DNA of 63,407 nt, the filler included, from Octopus bimaculoides (Eukaryota): assembly GCF_001194135.2 (NCBI RefSeq). It is 5 parts of 5 records of this genome, joined end to end, with 100 filler letters (N's around TTAATTAATTAA, not from the genome) between each part and the next. Parts side by side here need not be neighbours in the genome. Positions count along the whole stretch, not along the records: positions 62,383 to 63,407 come from NW_026326476.1; 4 more parts are not named here. One strand, written 5' to 3'. Made by a program: the position numbers and the translations under genes. Shown here one piece after another: positions 63,376-63,407 of the stretch (position 1 is its first letter; every line of letters starts with the position of its first letter). Below the pieces are notes generated by a model, which was not told the origin of the DNA, ran no database searches, and saw nothing but the letters and a program-made list of their open reading frames with translations.

Positions 63376-63407
<32 letters not shown>

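Overview
AT-rich, microsatellite-dense and gapped animal genomic DNA. The SINE repertoire and repeat style point to a cephalopod, most likely Octopus (inference, not a database result). Four 100-bp scaffolding gaps (44 N + TTAATTAATTAA + 44 N) split the window into five blocks. Almost every ORF in the supplied track is a microsatellite or N-run artefact. The only confident protein-coding content is four consecutive phase-compatible + strand exons (36930-37183, 38891-39147, 46783-47018, 50303-50399) encoding about 281 aa that resemble the C-terminal part of EFCAB5; its upstream and terminal exons were not found in the window. Inside one of its introns is a CpG-rich, ETS-motif promoter with a candidate antisense first exon (MYPAAVGK | GTAAGG). 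The EFCAB5 block (35702-52119) is visibly CpG-depleted compared with its neighbours, the expected footprint of gene-body methylation. The rest is tRNA-headed and Nin/Deu-like SINEs, RTE, L1-like and possibly Penelope-like LINE remnants, a Ty3/Gypsy remnant, a deleted Tc1/mariner and several MITE-like foldbacks. The most interesting leads are: (1) a dense set of intronic dsRNA structures around the last two EFCAB5 exons, including an inverted SINE pair that could produce a stop-free 333-nt circular RNA; (2) two minimal hammerhead-ribozyme-like motifs in a short repeat; (3) the antisense overlapping transcription unit; (4) a candidate small Trp-rich two-exon gene whose UAG is followed by open frame up to a splice donor. 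No CRISPR array, rRNA or intact tRNA gene was seen. All of these leads are hypotheses to be tested.
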